Source: Bacteroidota bacterium (lineage in GTDB: Bacteria; Bacteroidota; Bacteroidia; Cytophagales; Cyclobacteriaceae). Taken from it: 64,000 nucleotides of DNA. The DNA is taken from the NCBI GenBank assembly GCA_039026865.1, contig JBCCLN010000001.1:1011-65010 (forward strand). Direction: 5' to 3'. The notes under the pieces are model-generated. The model was not told the origin of the DNA. It saw nothing but the letters and a program-made list of their open reading frames with translations, and searched no databases. Position numbers and translations under genes: made by a program. This document shows, piece by piece, positions 48,856 through 59,232 of the stretch (positions within the stretch are counted from its first letter, which is position 1; each line of letters opens with the position of its first letter).

Positions 48856-49734
48856 CTATAGGCTGATTTCCCCACCTTCCGGTGTCTCAGAGTTACCGAA
48901 AAACTGATCAATAGCAGATTGTAATTCCGCTCTAAGGTCTTGTTCACGGGTAATCGCTGCATCCACAATAGTACCAATCCTGCTATTTTCTTGGAGTGAC
49001 GTCTTATTGGAGACCTCAATAAACACATCACTTGGCTCATTACTGATCGCTTTAATCACAAATTTCTGCGTATTGTATACCCCAGGCTCTTGTGAGAATG
49101 AAAACGACTCCACAAGCATCTCGGTAATACCATTCCTGGCCAGCTGTGGGCTTACCACACTTAATGGCTCATTGGAATCTAGAACTTCCTTTAATGCCCG
49201 AAAATCATCCGTTGGGTAGGTAGTAGGCATGTCGGTAGAAAGTATACCTGAAATAGTGATCTCATAATCACCATCGGATACATAAACTTTCCGGGTACCT
49301 TTTCGGCCATTGGTTCGGGTCTTCACAATATTTTTACGCAAACTTGGGGTGATCAAAGCACTATCAATCAAGATCTGGTCATACGTTCTGGATTCAGTCT
49401 GCCCTTCTCTGTTCAAAACCGTGTATTCCCCGGCCAGCACTACTAGGTAGTTCCGAACCGGAGTATCAAACTTGGATACATAGGGGTAGGGGTCGCCCGC
49501 ATCGCCGAATAGCGTATTGGCAAATAGATTAGCAAATTCTTGTGCGCCCTGAGGTAAATCACGTTCCCCCCTTAATATCTCCTTGCCTGCCTGAATTACT
49601 CGCGTTGCACCATCATTACGAAGCACTCGTAAGGCGCTTTGAATCACAGCATTACCCCGGCCTAGATTTCCCAAAAGCTCAAATCTCCTTTGATCCTGGC
49701 GCTGAGGTGTTTGTATTAAATCAAATGTTGCCAT
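48856..49734 (-). CDS. Tail tube initiator-like protein (DUF6046-like)
   Basis: KNIVKT...GTRKVYVSDGDYEITISG; directly after the tape measure gene. Confidence 0.7.
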   Translation of the reverse strand: MATFDLIQTPQRQDQRRFELLGNLGRGNAVIQSALRVLRNDGATRVIQAGKEILRGERDLPQGAQEFANLFANTLFGDAGDPYPYVSKFDTPVRNYLVVLAGEYTVLNREGQTESRTYDQILIDSALITPSLRKNIVKTRTNGRKGTRKVYVSDGDYEITISGILSTDMPTTYPTDDFRALKEVLDSNEPLSVVSPQLARNGITEMLVESFSFSQEPGVYNTQKFVIKAISNEPSDVFIEVSNKTSLQENSRIGTIVDAAITREQDLRAELQSAIDQFFGNSETPEGGEISL

Positions 49735-52287
49735 TTAGTTAGATAGTCCTAGTTCCGTATCTCTTACTGTCTCAATCAACCCATTGGCGATCATATCAAA
49801 GACATTTTCCCCTTTTTCATCCTCAAGCAGAGTGCTCACGCTTTCCACATTCAGTAGATTCCCTATATATATAATAATATTTTTCCCCCCTGAAACAGAA
49901 GAAGGTTCTGACACAACCGAATCTTTTTCAACCAATGTCAATGCATCACCTCCCCCTAAGTCAGCTTCTATAGTTGAAGAAATCTGACGAATGGCACCAG
50001 ATTTCCCTGAGCCATAGTTCGGTGCCGCGGAAGCAGGATTTGCAAGCAAATTTGTTAAATTAAAAGTTTTGGCTTCCGCTCCTTGCTGTTTACCCTTTTT
50101 AATCGCAGATCCCACTGCCTTTTCATCAAATTCATCCGCAATTGCTTTGATTAATCCGAAACTACTTGCCCCAAAAATGGCTTTTACCCATTCATTTTCT
50201 GCAATCTTTTTTGCAAATCCAACTACCTTGCCCCAAATATTATCAAAAAAGTTACCTATACTTTCAAAAACGCTGAAGACAGGTGCCGCTACTACCTTGA
50301 GGCCTTTAAAGAATGCACCTAATGCCTTCTTAAGTGGCTCTAGCTTCTGCCCAATTTGGTGGACCAACATAGACCATGACTGCCAAACCAGCTTACCGTA
50401 GAAAACTAATTTCTGAAAAAGGCCACCAATCCAGGTACCCAAAGGGACAAGTAGGTTGTTCCATATAGCGGAAAAAAGCTTCCTCACATTACCTATCCAG
50501 GTACCAAAACCCTTGAAAACAAGTTTTAAAAGATTGAATACAGTGAATACCGCAGCCCTGAATCCTTCCCACTTATTCCATGCATAAATTAGAGCCACAA
50601 TGAGAACCTGTATGGCAGTAATGATGAGTCCTACTGGATTAGAACGCATCGCCGCATTGAGGCCCACTATTGCAACCCTCAAAATTCCAATAGCACGGCT
50701 TACACCGGCAATAATACCAGAGATCAGACCAAACGTCTTCAGTATCATAAAAACTTCAAACGCACCCACTGCTACAGACCTTAACGATTTCCAATGGTCC
50801 CTAGCGAATGTTAAAAAACGTTGCAAGTAATTAAAAGCCTGCCCTATAGCATTACCTAAGACAAGAAAAGCCTTACCTGTCCCGTCTATAACGAATTGAC
50901 CAGGGCCATTAAGCCACTGGAAAAAGTTATTCAGGGTTGTAATAATTATACTTAGCCCAGGTTTAACTTTTTCAAAAAGCGTTATCGATAGATTTTCAAA
51001 ATTAGCCCTCATCTTAGCCACTTGTCCGGAGAAGGTCTCCATCTTTGCTTTTGAAAGGGCATCTGAAATGCCCTTCACATTCCTTATTTCATTGTTAACC
51101 TTATCGATAAGAAACCCTCCGTCCTCAGTACGTTGCGTTGATAATGCCCCAAACGCGGTGCCACCAAATATTCCAAATATTTCTTTGCGATCATCAGCAC
51201 TCACATCGAGCGCATCAATCTCTTTCACGATCTGACGTAAAGGCTTTAATACCCTATGTCCATCTTCACTCATTTTAGTGAAGGAAATACCGTATTTTTC
51301 CATGGAAGCCCTGGCGCTGTTAGTAGGGGCTATCATACGAATAATCATCTGTCTCAGGTTGGTACCCGCGCGTGATCCTTTGATCCCTGCATTACCAAGT
51401 AGCCCAATGGCTGCCGCCAGCTCTTCAAACTCAATACCATTTTGGGCAGCTACATTACCGGCATAAGAGAAAGACTGACCTAGTTCCCCTAAATTAACGT
51501 TAGTGCGCGTAAACGTACCCGTAAGTACATCCGCCACATCTATCATTCTGCTGCTGGCAATACCCATACCTGTACTGATATTAGTAACAATATCAGCAGC
51601 TTGCTCTACGCCCAGGTTACCAACCGCAGCAATATTTGTAACGGCAGGAAGCGCCTCATCTATTTGCATGATATTCATACCCGCCATAGCCATAAACTTG
51701 GTCGCATCAGCAACCTGACTCATGGTATAAATAGTGTCAGTTCCTACTTGCCCGATTTTACCCTTCAGGCCGGTAAAAAGATCCTCACTAAATTTATCAG
51801 ATTCCTCAAGAATGCCGCGAATGTCTACGAGCTTCTTCTCAAATTGAGACCCTGCATTAATCATTGAACTGAATGCCGCGATCGTTGCCACAGGCGTGAG
51901 GTATGATCCTATTAAGTCCCTGCTTGGCATTACGCCTCTTCCATTCCCTCCACCTCTGACACCGGATACTAAACCAGCGTCGCTTCTTCTATTGTTTCCT
52001 CCAGCACCTAGTGTTTTCAATCGATTCATCTTATTGATCAATCGATCCATATGGCCATTAGCTACTTTTAATTGCTTGTTGAATGCAAGTTGTTTTTCCC
52101 CACCTAGGTGAGTGATCGATTTGCTTAGTGTGGTAACCTTCTGTCGTGTACTGGTTAATTTTTTTTCAACCCCCCCGAAAAGATTTTTTACTTTATTAAC
52201 ATTCTTCTCGGCATTCTTGGCAAACTTGGTCAGGGTATTCGATGCATTATCCTTAATAAGAAGGTTAAACTGTACACTTTCAGTCAT
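49735..52287 (-). CDS. Tail tape measure protein (TP901-type core)
   Basis: Ala/Gly-rich helical; GIKGSRAGTNLR, NPVGLII, hydrophobic repeats. Confidence 0.93.
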   Translation of the reverse strand: MTESVQFNLLIKDNASNTLTKFAKNAEKNVNKVKNLFGGVEKKLTSTRQKVTTLSKSITHLGGEKQLAFNKQLKVANGHMDRLINKMNRLKTLGAGGNNRRSDAGLVSGVRGGGNGRGVMPSRDLIGSYLTPVATIAAFSSMINAGSQFEKKLVDIRGILEESDKFSEDLFTGLKGKIGQVGTDTIYTMSQVADATKFMAMAGMNIMQIDEALPAVTNIAAVGNLGVEQAADIVTNISTGMGIASSRMIDVADVLTGTFTRTNVNLGELGQSFSYAGNVAAQNGIEFEELAAAIGLLGNAGIKGSRAGTNLRQMIIRMIAPTNSARASMEKYGISFTKMSEDGHRVLKPLRQIVKEIDALDVSADDRKEIFGIFGGTAFGALSTQRTEDGGFLIDKVNNEIRNVKGISDALSKAKMETFSGQVAKMRANFENLSITLFEKVKPGLSIIITTLNNFFQWLNGPGQFVIDGTGKAFLVLGNAIGQAFNYLQRFLTFARDHWKSLRSVAVGAFEVFMILKTFGLISGIIAGVSRAIGILRVAIVGLNAAMRSNPVGLIITAIQVLIVALIYAWNKWEGFRAAVFTVFNLLKLVFKGFGTWIGNVRKLFSAIWNNLLVPLGTWIGGLFQKLVFYGKLVWQSWSMLVHQIGQKLEPLKKALGAFFKGLKVVAAPVFSVFESIGNFFDNIWGKVVGFAKKIAENEWVKAIFGASSFGLIKAIADEFDEKAVGSAIKKGKQQGAEAKTFNLTNLLANPASAAPNYGSGKSGAIRQISSTIEADLGGGDALTLVEKDSVVSEPSSVSGGKNIIIYIGNLLNVESVSTLLEDEKGENVFDMIANGLIETVRDTELGLSN

Positions 52288-52554
52288 ATATTAGTATAGG
52301 TAAAATTTAAAGCTGATGTTTTGATGAGTAATTCGATATAGCTAATGGTTACGAGAGTTATTGAACCAGCTTAGAAAGACGAAAGGTTTTGTCAAAAGAA
52401 TCTCAGAGAGATTGGATAATAATAGCCACACTGGCGGCATTGCAAATACAAAAAATTCCACTGAATCTCAGGAAAGGTGTGTAAAAAGTTAAAAGAGGAG
52501 TAGTAACTAGCTTTTGTTAAAGCTAAAAAGAAAGGTTAAAAGAAAGAAGTCACA

Positions 52555-52812
52555 TCACTGTGTCCTTCTTATCATTTCGAATACCTTACGTCCTTTCGTA
52601 TCTAAAACTTTACCGGAGTTATTTTTTTTTGTTTTTTGACCCGTATTATAAATTTTGTTATAAAGCCAATTTGCGTCTTCCGCTAGTACTGCGAACATTT
52701 CATCGTCCAACCGGTCAATATCCACACCTGGAAAAAGATGACGGATAAGAATTAATCGTTTTCTAATCCCATCTCTGTCAGGCTTATCGGATACCTCCGA
52801 TTGGTCTAGAAC
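52555..52812 (-). CDS. -1 frameshift extension of the tail assembly chaperone (lambda gpGT-like; not in the ORF track)
   Basis: Slippery A AAA AAG at 52818-52812. The -1 frame is open for 85 codons (VLDQSEVSDKPDRDGIRKRLILIRHLFPGVDIDRLDDEMFAVLAEDANWL...) to TGA ending at 52555. Confidence 0.75.
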   Translation of the reverse strand, partial: VLDQSEVSDKPDRDGIRKRLILIRHLFPGVDIDRLDDEMFAVLAEDANWLYNKIYNTGQKTKKNNSGKVLDTKGRKVFEMIRRTQ

Positions 52813-53156
52813 TTTTTTATGGTAGCGGATCTAACTTTTAGCAACTCTTCTAGCTGGTTGACCGCACCTAAAAAAATATCGTCATCATTTTTAATTTCTT
52901 CGTCACCTTCCAAGAAGCATGAATTGATAATTACCTTACCTCCGGGAATTACCTCACTTTTAGCGGCCATGCTCGTAAAAGCGGAAAATTCTTGAAGATT
53001 AGGCTTTCTAATCCAGGCCCTGTATACCTCTTTTTCGTCTTCTTCATCACCAAAAACCTCAATAAGATATACTTTACTTTGTCTGTGCTTTTTCTTAATT
53101 TTTTCAGCTTCATCAGACAAGGTAATTTGCAGGTCCAATTCTTTTTCTTTTCTCAT
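52806..53156 (-). CDS. Tail assembly chaperone
   Basis: Small protein between tube and tape measure; ends IKKF over the slippery site. Confidence 0.8.
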   Translation of the reverse strand: MRKEKELDLQITLSDEAEKIKKKHRQSKVYLIEVFGDEEDEKEVYRAWIRKPNLQEFSAFTSMAAKSEVIPGGKVIINSCFLEGDEEIKNDDDIFLGAVNQLEELLKVRSATIKKF

Positions 53157-53247
53157 AATTTTCTCAAACTTTATTTGAAACTCTGAAAGGGATAGGTAAA
53201 ACCCTTAATATATTTAGTGGCGCTTCAAGTATAAATGCGCCTATAGA

Positions 53248-53703
53248 TTAATTACCTAGTCCTATGATATTGCTATCATTCCACTGAATGTGGGAAGGAT
53301 TAAGCTCCAATTCTTTCTCTATCATCATATCATCTTGCGATACTTCCACACCATTATTACTAATGTAGCAATTCTTAATAACGTGTGTGACCACACGTGC
53401 AGCTACAGGATGCAGATAACTCACAATCACATCAAACTCTCCAAGATCCTGAAGTCTGCCAGACGGAATGTTACTACGAATATCCTCTATATCTTCCATA
53501 TGCAAGGTAATCTTAGCCTCAGACTCTACGTTTCCAAATCCTCTGGAAACCGGGAAATTACCTGCCCCATAGTTAAATTCAGTTTTCTGCTCGTCTGAAT
53601 ATTCAATTTTAGATACACCATTAAGCGGAGTACTAATATTTGAAAATCTAATCTCGACCTGTGACCAGCTATAGGCTTTGCCATTGATTAAAGGTTGTGC
53701 CAT
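53248..53703 (-). CDS. Tail tube protein
   Basis: INGKAYSWSQV, YGAGNFPVSRGFGN, FDVIVSY; follows the sheath gene. Confidence 0.85.
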   Translation of the reverse strand: MAQPLINGKAYSWSQVEIRFSNISTPLNGVSKIEYSDEQKTEFNYGAGNFPVSRGFGNVESEAKITLHMEDIEDIRSNIPSGRLQDLGEFDVIVSYLHPVAARVVTHVIKNCYISNNGVEVSQDDMMIEKELELNPSHIQWNDSNIIGLGN

Positions 53704-53731
53704 CTATACTTGAATTTTCTTGTTTTAAAAT

Positions 53732-55021
53732 TTATTGTGATGTACTGGCCGCTAACCCAATCTCTACCTCTACTTCTTTATTCACACCAACTGGTATAAT
53801 TCGATACTTTATATTCAGCTTATCGGTAGCAAGTACATCCTGATTGGGATCAATTTCTACTGTAAAATCACTAATTTCCAAAGCAATTCGCATCTGTGAA
53901 AGCTGAAAGCTTACTAGGGATTTAAATTGCTGAATGGTCGCTATCGAAAGGGTTCCGTCAGTAGCTACATAGAGAGGCTGATTCAACGTAGGAAGAAGTG
54001 CAGTGCGCACGAGTCTTCTGGACTTATCGATTACGCGATTTCGCGCAAACGTTCTATAATCACCGGTCGATGCTGTCGTATCACTGGTGAAATAGGTACC
54101 GGATCGGCCTACATATTTAATTGGGAAGACATACCCCAAATTCTCAAACGAATCCAATTGAGTTCTGGAAAGAGCATCAATGTTGGTAGAATCTGCCAAT
54201 CGTTTACTGGTAGGACTTTCATCAGCGATCGACCCAAATCCAAAAGCAATCGTATCCAGATCCGTACCTCCAACATTGAAATTATTGACCCAACCTATAC
54301 TTTCGTGTACCTTAGCAAGTGTAGCAATACCTAAAGCAGTACCTACTGTGCCAATAGTTGCTTTCTTGGCCTCATTCCCGCTTTGCAAATCTTTAATGAA
54401 ATCCGAGTTGCCTTGACCAATTAATACGGTTACGCGATGGTCGGACCCAAGTACAGTAGGAATCAGTGACCTATCCACATCAATACCACCTACTGAAGAA
54501 GTATTGGCATGAAGCAATACAGAGTAAGGCTGATTCAATGCCGCGTCGCTTTCAGCAGTGCTTTGAATAGCTCCGGTCAGGGTAGGAGTATAGGGATCTG
54601 TACTCATCGCTCCGGGCAACCAAAGATCTTGCTTGGTGTACACGCCTATTTGACGGATTTTACCCTGTGAAGCTTTCTGTACATCAGACAAAAAGCTGAA
54701 GTCACCATCCGCAGTAATATCTCGTACACCAATGAATAACTGACCGTTTGGGTTAATACGGAAAAATTCCTTGATATGGTAATGAGGCACCCCATTTTCG
54801 TAATTATTCGTTGGAGTCACGGAATCAAATGCCTTAAAACCTAAATCCTCAGCCTCTTTAAATGAAAAAACCTCGTATACATCACCATTTGAACCTGTAT
54901 TATTGGTTGACGTTGGAAAGGTAGCTACATCAAATACAAGTGCAGAAATATGGTCCTCTCCGGCCAAGGCCCTGAAAAGATTTCTATCCGTAACCTTATA
55001 TGTTATTTGCGGTAAAGCCAT
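53732..55021 (-). CDS. Tail sheath protein (DUF2586-like)
   Basis: HESIGWV, RNRVIDKSRR, C-terminal IDPNQDVL...IIPVGV. Confidence 0.88.
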   Translation of the reverse strand: MALPQITYKVTDRNLFRALAGEDHISALVFDVATFPTSTNNTGSNGDVYEVFSFKEAEDLGFKAFDSVTPTNNYENGVPHYHIKEFFRINPNGQLFIGVRDITADGDFSFLSDVQKASQGKIRQIGVYTKQDLWLPGAMSTDPYTPTLTGAIQSTAESDAALNQPYSVLLHANTSSVGGIDVDRSLIPTVLGSDHRVTVLIGQGNSDFIKDLQSGNEAKKATIGTVGTALGIATLAKVHESIGWVNNFNVGGTDLDTIAFGFGSIADESPTSKRLADSTNIDALSRTQLDSFENLGYVFPIKYVGRSGTYFTSDTTASTGDYRTFARNRVIDKSRRLVRTALLPTLNQPLYVATDGTLSIATIQQFKSLVSFQLSQMRIALEISDFTVEIDPNQDVLATDKLNIKYRIIPVGVNKEVEVEIGLAASTSQ

Positions 55022-55034
55022 GTAATGGAATTAT

Positions 55035-55340
55035 TTATGATTTGTAAAAAGGGTTCTTTACCTTCTTGATTTCCTTTAATGCCTTTAGCATCGGACTTTC
55101 AAAAAATAATCGCTCGTTTTTGTCGATATAGAAATATTTGTCCGATAAATGCACTTTTAAAACTCTGTCATACTTTTTATAGATACATCCCCTTTCGGCT
55201 TCCTTTGTAAAAGTTTCTTTTTGAACAGATTCATTCTTTATCGCTGATTTTTCACTTGGAGGGACATCTTTCTGCTCTTCTTTTTTAGATTTTGACACTG
55301 GCATTATCGAATATTTTTTTGTTAAGTATAAAAAGGGCAA
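55035..55340 (-). CDS. Small hypothetical virion-associated protein
   Basis: Between capsid and sheath genes; the likely start is the second Met. Confidence 0.5.
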   Translation of the reverse strand: MPFLYLTKKYSIMPVSKSKKEEQKDVPPSEKSAIKNESVQKETFTKEAERGCIYKKYDRVLKVHLSDKYFYIDKNERLFFESPMLKALKEIKKVKNPFYKS

Positions 55341-55433
55341 GCTTTTGCCTTGACAGCTAGGCCCCTTATTAAAGATTTAGTCCTATTCCTTAAAGAGCTA
55401 ATACGCTTAGTTAACATTCAACCCATTTCTACA

Positions 55434-56444
55434 TTAAGCAAGAGTAAACGGAGTATGTAATACCAATTCAGAAGGCTGGGGGATTTCCGTGTCAGCTTTC
55501 ATCAACATCTTGAAAAAGTAAAGTTCAGAATTATTCTGTAGCTTATCTACCTGAAGTACTTCATCGTCATTCACCACGTCCACTCCCATCCATAAGTTAG
55601 ATTGCATACTCGGAGAAAACCGGCCACTTAGTAACGTTTCCACAGGGAATCCATTCACTTTGACGATTCGTATACCTCGGAAAGAATCCCTGTTTGTCCC
55701 GGTATAGTCAGCATTCTTAAATTGTTGTTCAATCAGGTGTTGATCGTAAAGGTCCCAGGTCGCCCAATCCATAACAATTTTTAAATCCTTGGCACCTCTG
55801 ATGGATTTGGGAATAGCATTAAAAAGATCATTGAGAGCGGTAATAATAGCAGCTCCGGTATTAAGTCGGGAATTACCTGAAAGAATAACCTGATCTCCGG
55901 TAGAGCCATTTATTACACTGTAAAGCATTTTAAAAAGAAGTCCGTCAAATTTATTAAGGTTCCCGGACCCTGGCTCAATACCTCCGGCAGCACCACCTGT
56001 GGTCATGGTTCCCGAGGTCGTTTTCTTCCCGTGCCAGATTGCGGTTCCCAAATATAGATTCAGCCGCTTGAAAATTTCACTTACCATGGTCACCTGAACT
56101 GTAGGGTCTAGTTCTCTAAATACAAGGTTTCCTTTAGGCTGCGCAAACCTCCAAAATTGTTCTAAATCTCTCGGATTAAACTCCGTGTATACCATGAAAT
56201 CTTGAGGCTCTAATTTCTTTTCATCAAGGGTGAAAATACCTTGTGAATTCACCGGTGTCTCTGGTGTGGCAATTCGGTCCTGAACAATCTCGCTAAGAGT
56301 CATCCTAGGAATAGTATATTCTTTTTGTATACCAGATCTAACCATCAGTAGACCTTTATCTACCGTATCATTGCCTGTGAAAGCTTTAGTAATAAAAGCC
56401 TCTAAGACTTCACCCGAATAAGTAGAAGTAATTGCATAACTCAT
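55434..56444 (-). CDS. Major capsid protein
   Basis: 336 aa directly after the protease/scaffold gene; FNPRDLEQFW, FDGLL and YFFKMLMKAD motifs. Confidence 0.8.
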   Translation of the reverse strand: MSYAITSTYSGEVLEAFITKAFTGNDTVDKGLLMVRSGIQKEYTIPRMTLSEIVQDRIATPETPVNSQGIFTLDEKKLEPQDFMVYTEFNPRDLEQFWRFAQPKGNLVFRELDPTVQVTMVSEIFKRLNLYLGTAIWHGKKTTSGTMTTGGAAGGIEPGSGNLNKFDGLLFKMLYSVINGSTGDQVILSGNSRLNTGAAIITALNDLFNAIPKSIRGAKDLKIVMDWATWDLYDQHLIEQQFKNADYTGTNRDSFRGIRIVKVNGFPVETLLSGRFSPSMQSNLWMGVDVVNDDEVLQVDKLQNNSELYFFKMLMKADTEIPQPSELVLHTPFTLA

Positions 56445-56479
56445 TAGTCGTCCTTTATTTATCGTTTTTTTTTAATTGA

Positions 56480-57781
56480 TTAGGCGTACTCTTTGGATAA
56501 CCGGGCATTGATGTCTTGGAGCGTAGACGCTATGCTAGGAAGCCTAAGTCCATTAGCATCATCAACATTAGCACCATCTCCAGCAAATACGTCACCCTTA
56601 GAAGCTTTTACCAATTCAGACAAGGGCTTTTTCTCACCGATGGCGGTTAAGCTGGCAATGGCTGTTTTTGCGCATTCGGGGTTTGAAGTTAATAGGTTGG
56701 CCCATACTTCTTTTTCATCTTTTGGAATCCGGCCGTCAGTTACAGCTTCAGAGATAAGCTTATCATTCTCAGCTTTGACTGCTGCTTCTTTTTCGGCTTC
56801 AAACTCTTTAAGTCTATTCGCTAGTTCATTAATCATGGATGCCGAAGCTTCTACTTTTTCATGAGCCTTCTTCAACTCAGTGCCCATAGTTGTGTTGGTC
56901 ACTTCTAACACACCATTAGATTTTTCCAGCTCAGTAGCACGATTAAGCAAATCTTTAATCTTGGCCTTAGCACTAGCCGTAGAAGCATTCACTTCTAGGC
57001 CCAATTCTGCATTGATTTCTTCAAGCATCTTATCGGTTTTTGTTTGAGTATTAAAAATTTTATTGTGAAATGAACTAATCCGATTACCTAATTCGTCGAA
57101 TTTCTCTCCCAGGTCTTTGGCGTCAATTCTAACTATATTCGTCCTGGGTGAAGAGTTGAATATCATCGCCTTCACATCAGCAATAGTGTTCTGTATTACC
57201 GAAATTTCCTCCCTTCTTTGCGCAGGAGTTTCAATAATATTTTCACGCTGAATAAACCCTTTGTCAACAGCCATTTCCGCATCCATCCACGTACCATCCT
57301 GCCCATCTTCACCTTTCATCAAAGATGTAATCTCTCCCCTTTCCTTGTTCAATCTCGCCATATACAGCTTAATAAGCTGTTCTCTGAAAATATTCAACTG
57401 CTGGTCATCCACGTCAACTAGGCTGGTAGAAGTGAAAAATGGATTATGCACCATTAAAGAAGCATAATCCATCATTTTTGTGCGTTCGGCGACGATTGAA
57501 ACAATACTAGCCATACTCGCGGCTATCCCTACAATCACGCCTTCTGTAGGCACGCCGGAGTTCATAATTGTATCTACGATAGACCATCCATGACGCACAG
57601 AACCACCGGCAGAGTTAACCCGGATTTGGATAGAGGAAGAAAAGTGTTCGAGGTATTTAAATTCTCCTATGAAATCCTGAGTAGAAGACTCGTTTATATC
57701 ATGAAAAAGGTTAATGACTGATTTGCCGCCTTCAATGGCATTCTCAATACATTTAAATCCTGTTTGTTCAGCTTCTTTCAC
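56480..57781 (-). CDS. ClpP-like head maturation protease fused to a scaffold domain
   Basis: VNSAGGSV, GIAASMAS, LMVHNP, TWMDAEMAVDKGF; coiled-coil C-terminus. GTG start. Confidence 0.9.
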   Translation of the reverse strand: MKEAEQTGFKCIENAIEGGKSVINLFHDINESSTQDFIGEFKYLEHFSSSIQIRVNSAGGSVRHGWSIVDTIMNSGVPTEGVIVGIAASMASIVSIVAERTKMMDYASLMVHNPFFTSTSLVDVDDQQLNIFREQLIKLYMARLNKERGEITSLMKGEDGQDGTWMDAEMAVDKGFIQRENIIETPAQRREEISVIQNTIADVKAMIFNSSPRTNIVRIDAKDLGEKFDELGNRISSFHNKIFNTQTKTDKMLEEINAELGLEVNASTASAKAKIKDLLNRATELEKSNGVLEVTNTTMGTELKKAHEKVEASASMINELANRLKEFEAEKEAAVKAENDKLISEAVTDGRIPKDEKEVWANLLTSNPECAKTAIASLTAIGEKKPLSELVKASKGDVFAGDGANVDDANGLRLPSIASTLQDINARLSKEYA

Positions 57782-57867
57782 AGAGAGGTAATCCTCGATT
57801 TGATGTTATCAAACCAGTATAGGATTACTTATGAAAAAAGGTTAATAAAAATTCAAATTTTTACAAA

Positions 57868-58149
57868 TTATTCTATAATTTCGCGGCCGGCATACTCTTC
57901 CATCAACATCCGAAAGCTTCCCTCATCTAATTGAACCACATATTGAGTCCCTGAAACCATTGTAATATCAGTTAAAGAATCGTTTCTTGCGAAAAACGTC
58001 TCCACTTGATCCATATTAAAATACAGGTTTCTAAAATGTAACTGTTCTTCTTCATTCCGACGTTCGGTATACATTCCCTCTTCTTCTTCTAAACTTATAT
58101 CGTGAAGTTCTTCGGCATATACCGCAGGCAATAAATGCATTACTTTCAT
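57868..58149 (-). CDS. Hypothetical protein
   Basis: Co-oriented acidic 93 aa ORF. Confidence 0.55.
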   Translation of the reverse strand: MKVMHLLPAVYAEELHDISLEEEEGMYTERRNEEEQLHFRNLYFNMDQVETFFARNDSLTDITMVSGTQYVVQLDEGSFRMLMEEYAGREIIE

Positions 58150-58279
58150 ACGTTCAAATCCTTAAAATTTGTCTTACTCGTATTCCTTTTCATGTATAAA
58201 AAATAGTTGAATCTTTTCTAACGAATAGGCTAAAGCCGGAGTAATTCATGTCTATACTATTTCTTCTATGCCCTCGTCC

Positions 58280-58819
58280 TTAGCGGGCAAGATCAGCTTC
58301 ATCAACAAAATTTGGATACAATACTGGAGCGTTCGGATTAATAGTCGGGTCGTTTGCATTCTCATAATCTCCATAAATATCCCCAGATGTATCTTGAAAT
58401 GTAAGCTTATAATATGCATTCCACTCAATAATGTTATCATAAAATTCTGGTTGCTCATCCAGGTATTTTTCAATAGTAATTAATGACTCGTGGATATCTT
58501 TGCCTCGAATTACTGCCTTATTGACCATATTGACCACATCAAATATAAGCGTTTCATCTAGTATCAACTCATGTAACACAATTTTAATACGTACAGTCGC
58601 ATCAGCAAGCGAGGTGCCCCTTCCTTGAGTAGTATGTAAAATATTTTCAAACTTGATAAATAGGGCCGGGAAAGGAGTCACCTCTTCTGTATTTTGCGCC
58701 CCTCGTATTTTAGACATCTGTCCACTTTCCACTTCAATCGTCTTAAAGTAAGTAGTACCCTGGTCAGGAGCCAATATCTTTTCAAGTTCTTGCTTCAATG
58801 CTAAGTACACTTCCTTCAT
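58280..58819 (-). CDS. Tail terminator/neck protein (Mu gp37-like, putative)
   Basis: FPALFIKF, QGRG...ATVRIKIV; position in the head-tail module. Confidence 0.6.
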   Translation of the reverse strand: MKEVYLALKQELEKILAPDQGTTYFKTIEVESGQMSKIRGAQNTEEVTPFPALFIKFENILHTTQGRGTSLADATVRIKIVLHELILDETLIFDVVNMVNKAVIRGKDIHESLITIEKYLDEQPEFYDNIIEWNAYYKLTFQDTSGDIYGDYENANDPTINPNAPVLYPNFVDEADLAR

Positions 58820-59229
58820 TTTCTGGAAAAACTTTTTAATACCACTGAGCGAATAACCTCAGCGCTTTTCCTATTCAATTCATAGGAATTTCCCATATAT
58901 TTTCGTTGCACTTGGTTTATTCCTTTATTGTGGTAATAACCGTATGGAGTATCATTGTATACTTGAATACCGCCTGAAATAATACGCCATTCATTGGATC
59001 TGCTTAACTTACCGGTTTCGTATAGTATCCGGTCTTTCGGTCTCCGATTTCCAACACGAGTAGCCCATTTTTCGAAATGTACATCGGTAAAACCTTCTTG
59101 CTTAAAACTATCATCAAAGTGTTTTTTAGCTATCTTACCTAAAGCGGGGTACATCTTTCTGGTCCTATCCGAAGCCAGCCGGTTAGGGTAGGACTTTACT
59201 AACTTCAAAAATCTGTCCGGGGTCAACAT
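58816..59229 (-). CDS. Virion morphogenesis protein (Mu gpG-like)
   Basis: FDDSFKQEGF...W, ILYETGKLSRS, YNDTPYGYYHNKG, QRKYMG. Confidence 0.8.
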   Translation of the reverse strand: MLTPDRFLKLVKSYPNRLASDRTRKMYPALGKIAKKHFDDSFKQEGFTDVHFEKWATRVGNRRPKDRILYETGKLSRSNEWRIISGGIQVYNDTPYGYYHNKGINQVQRKYMGNSYELNRKSAEVIRSVVLKSFSRK

Positions 59230-59232
59230 ATA

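Noticed and set aside
38597-55021. Tail genes as a T6SS, tailocin or eCIS linked to the Rhs genes
   Set aside because: Capsid, protease, portal and terminase are present and co-oriented, so this is a phage. No link to the Rhs locus is visible.
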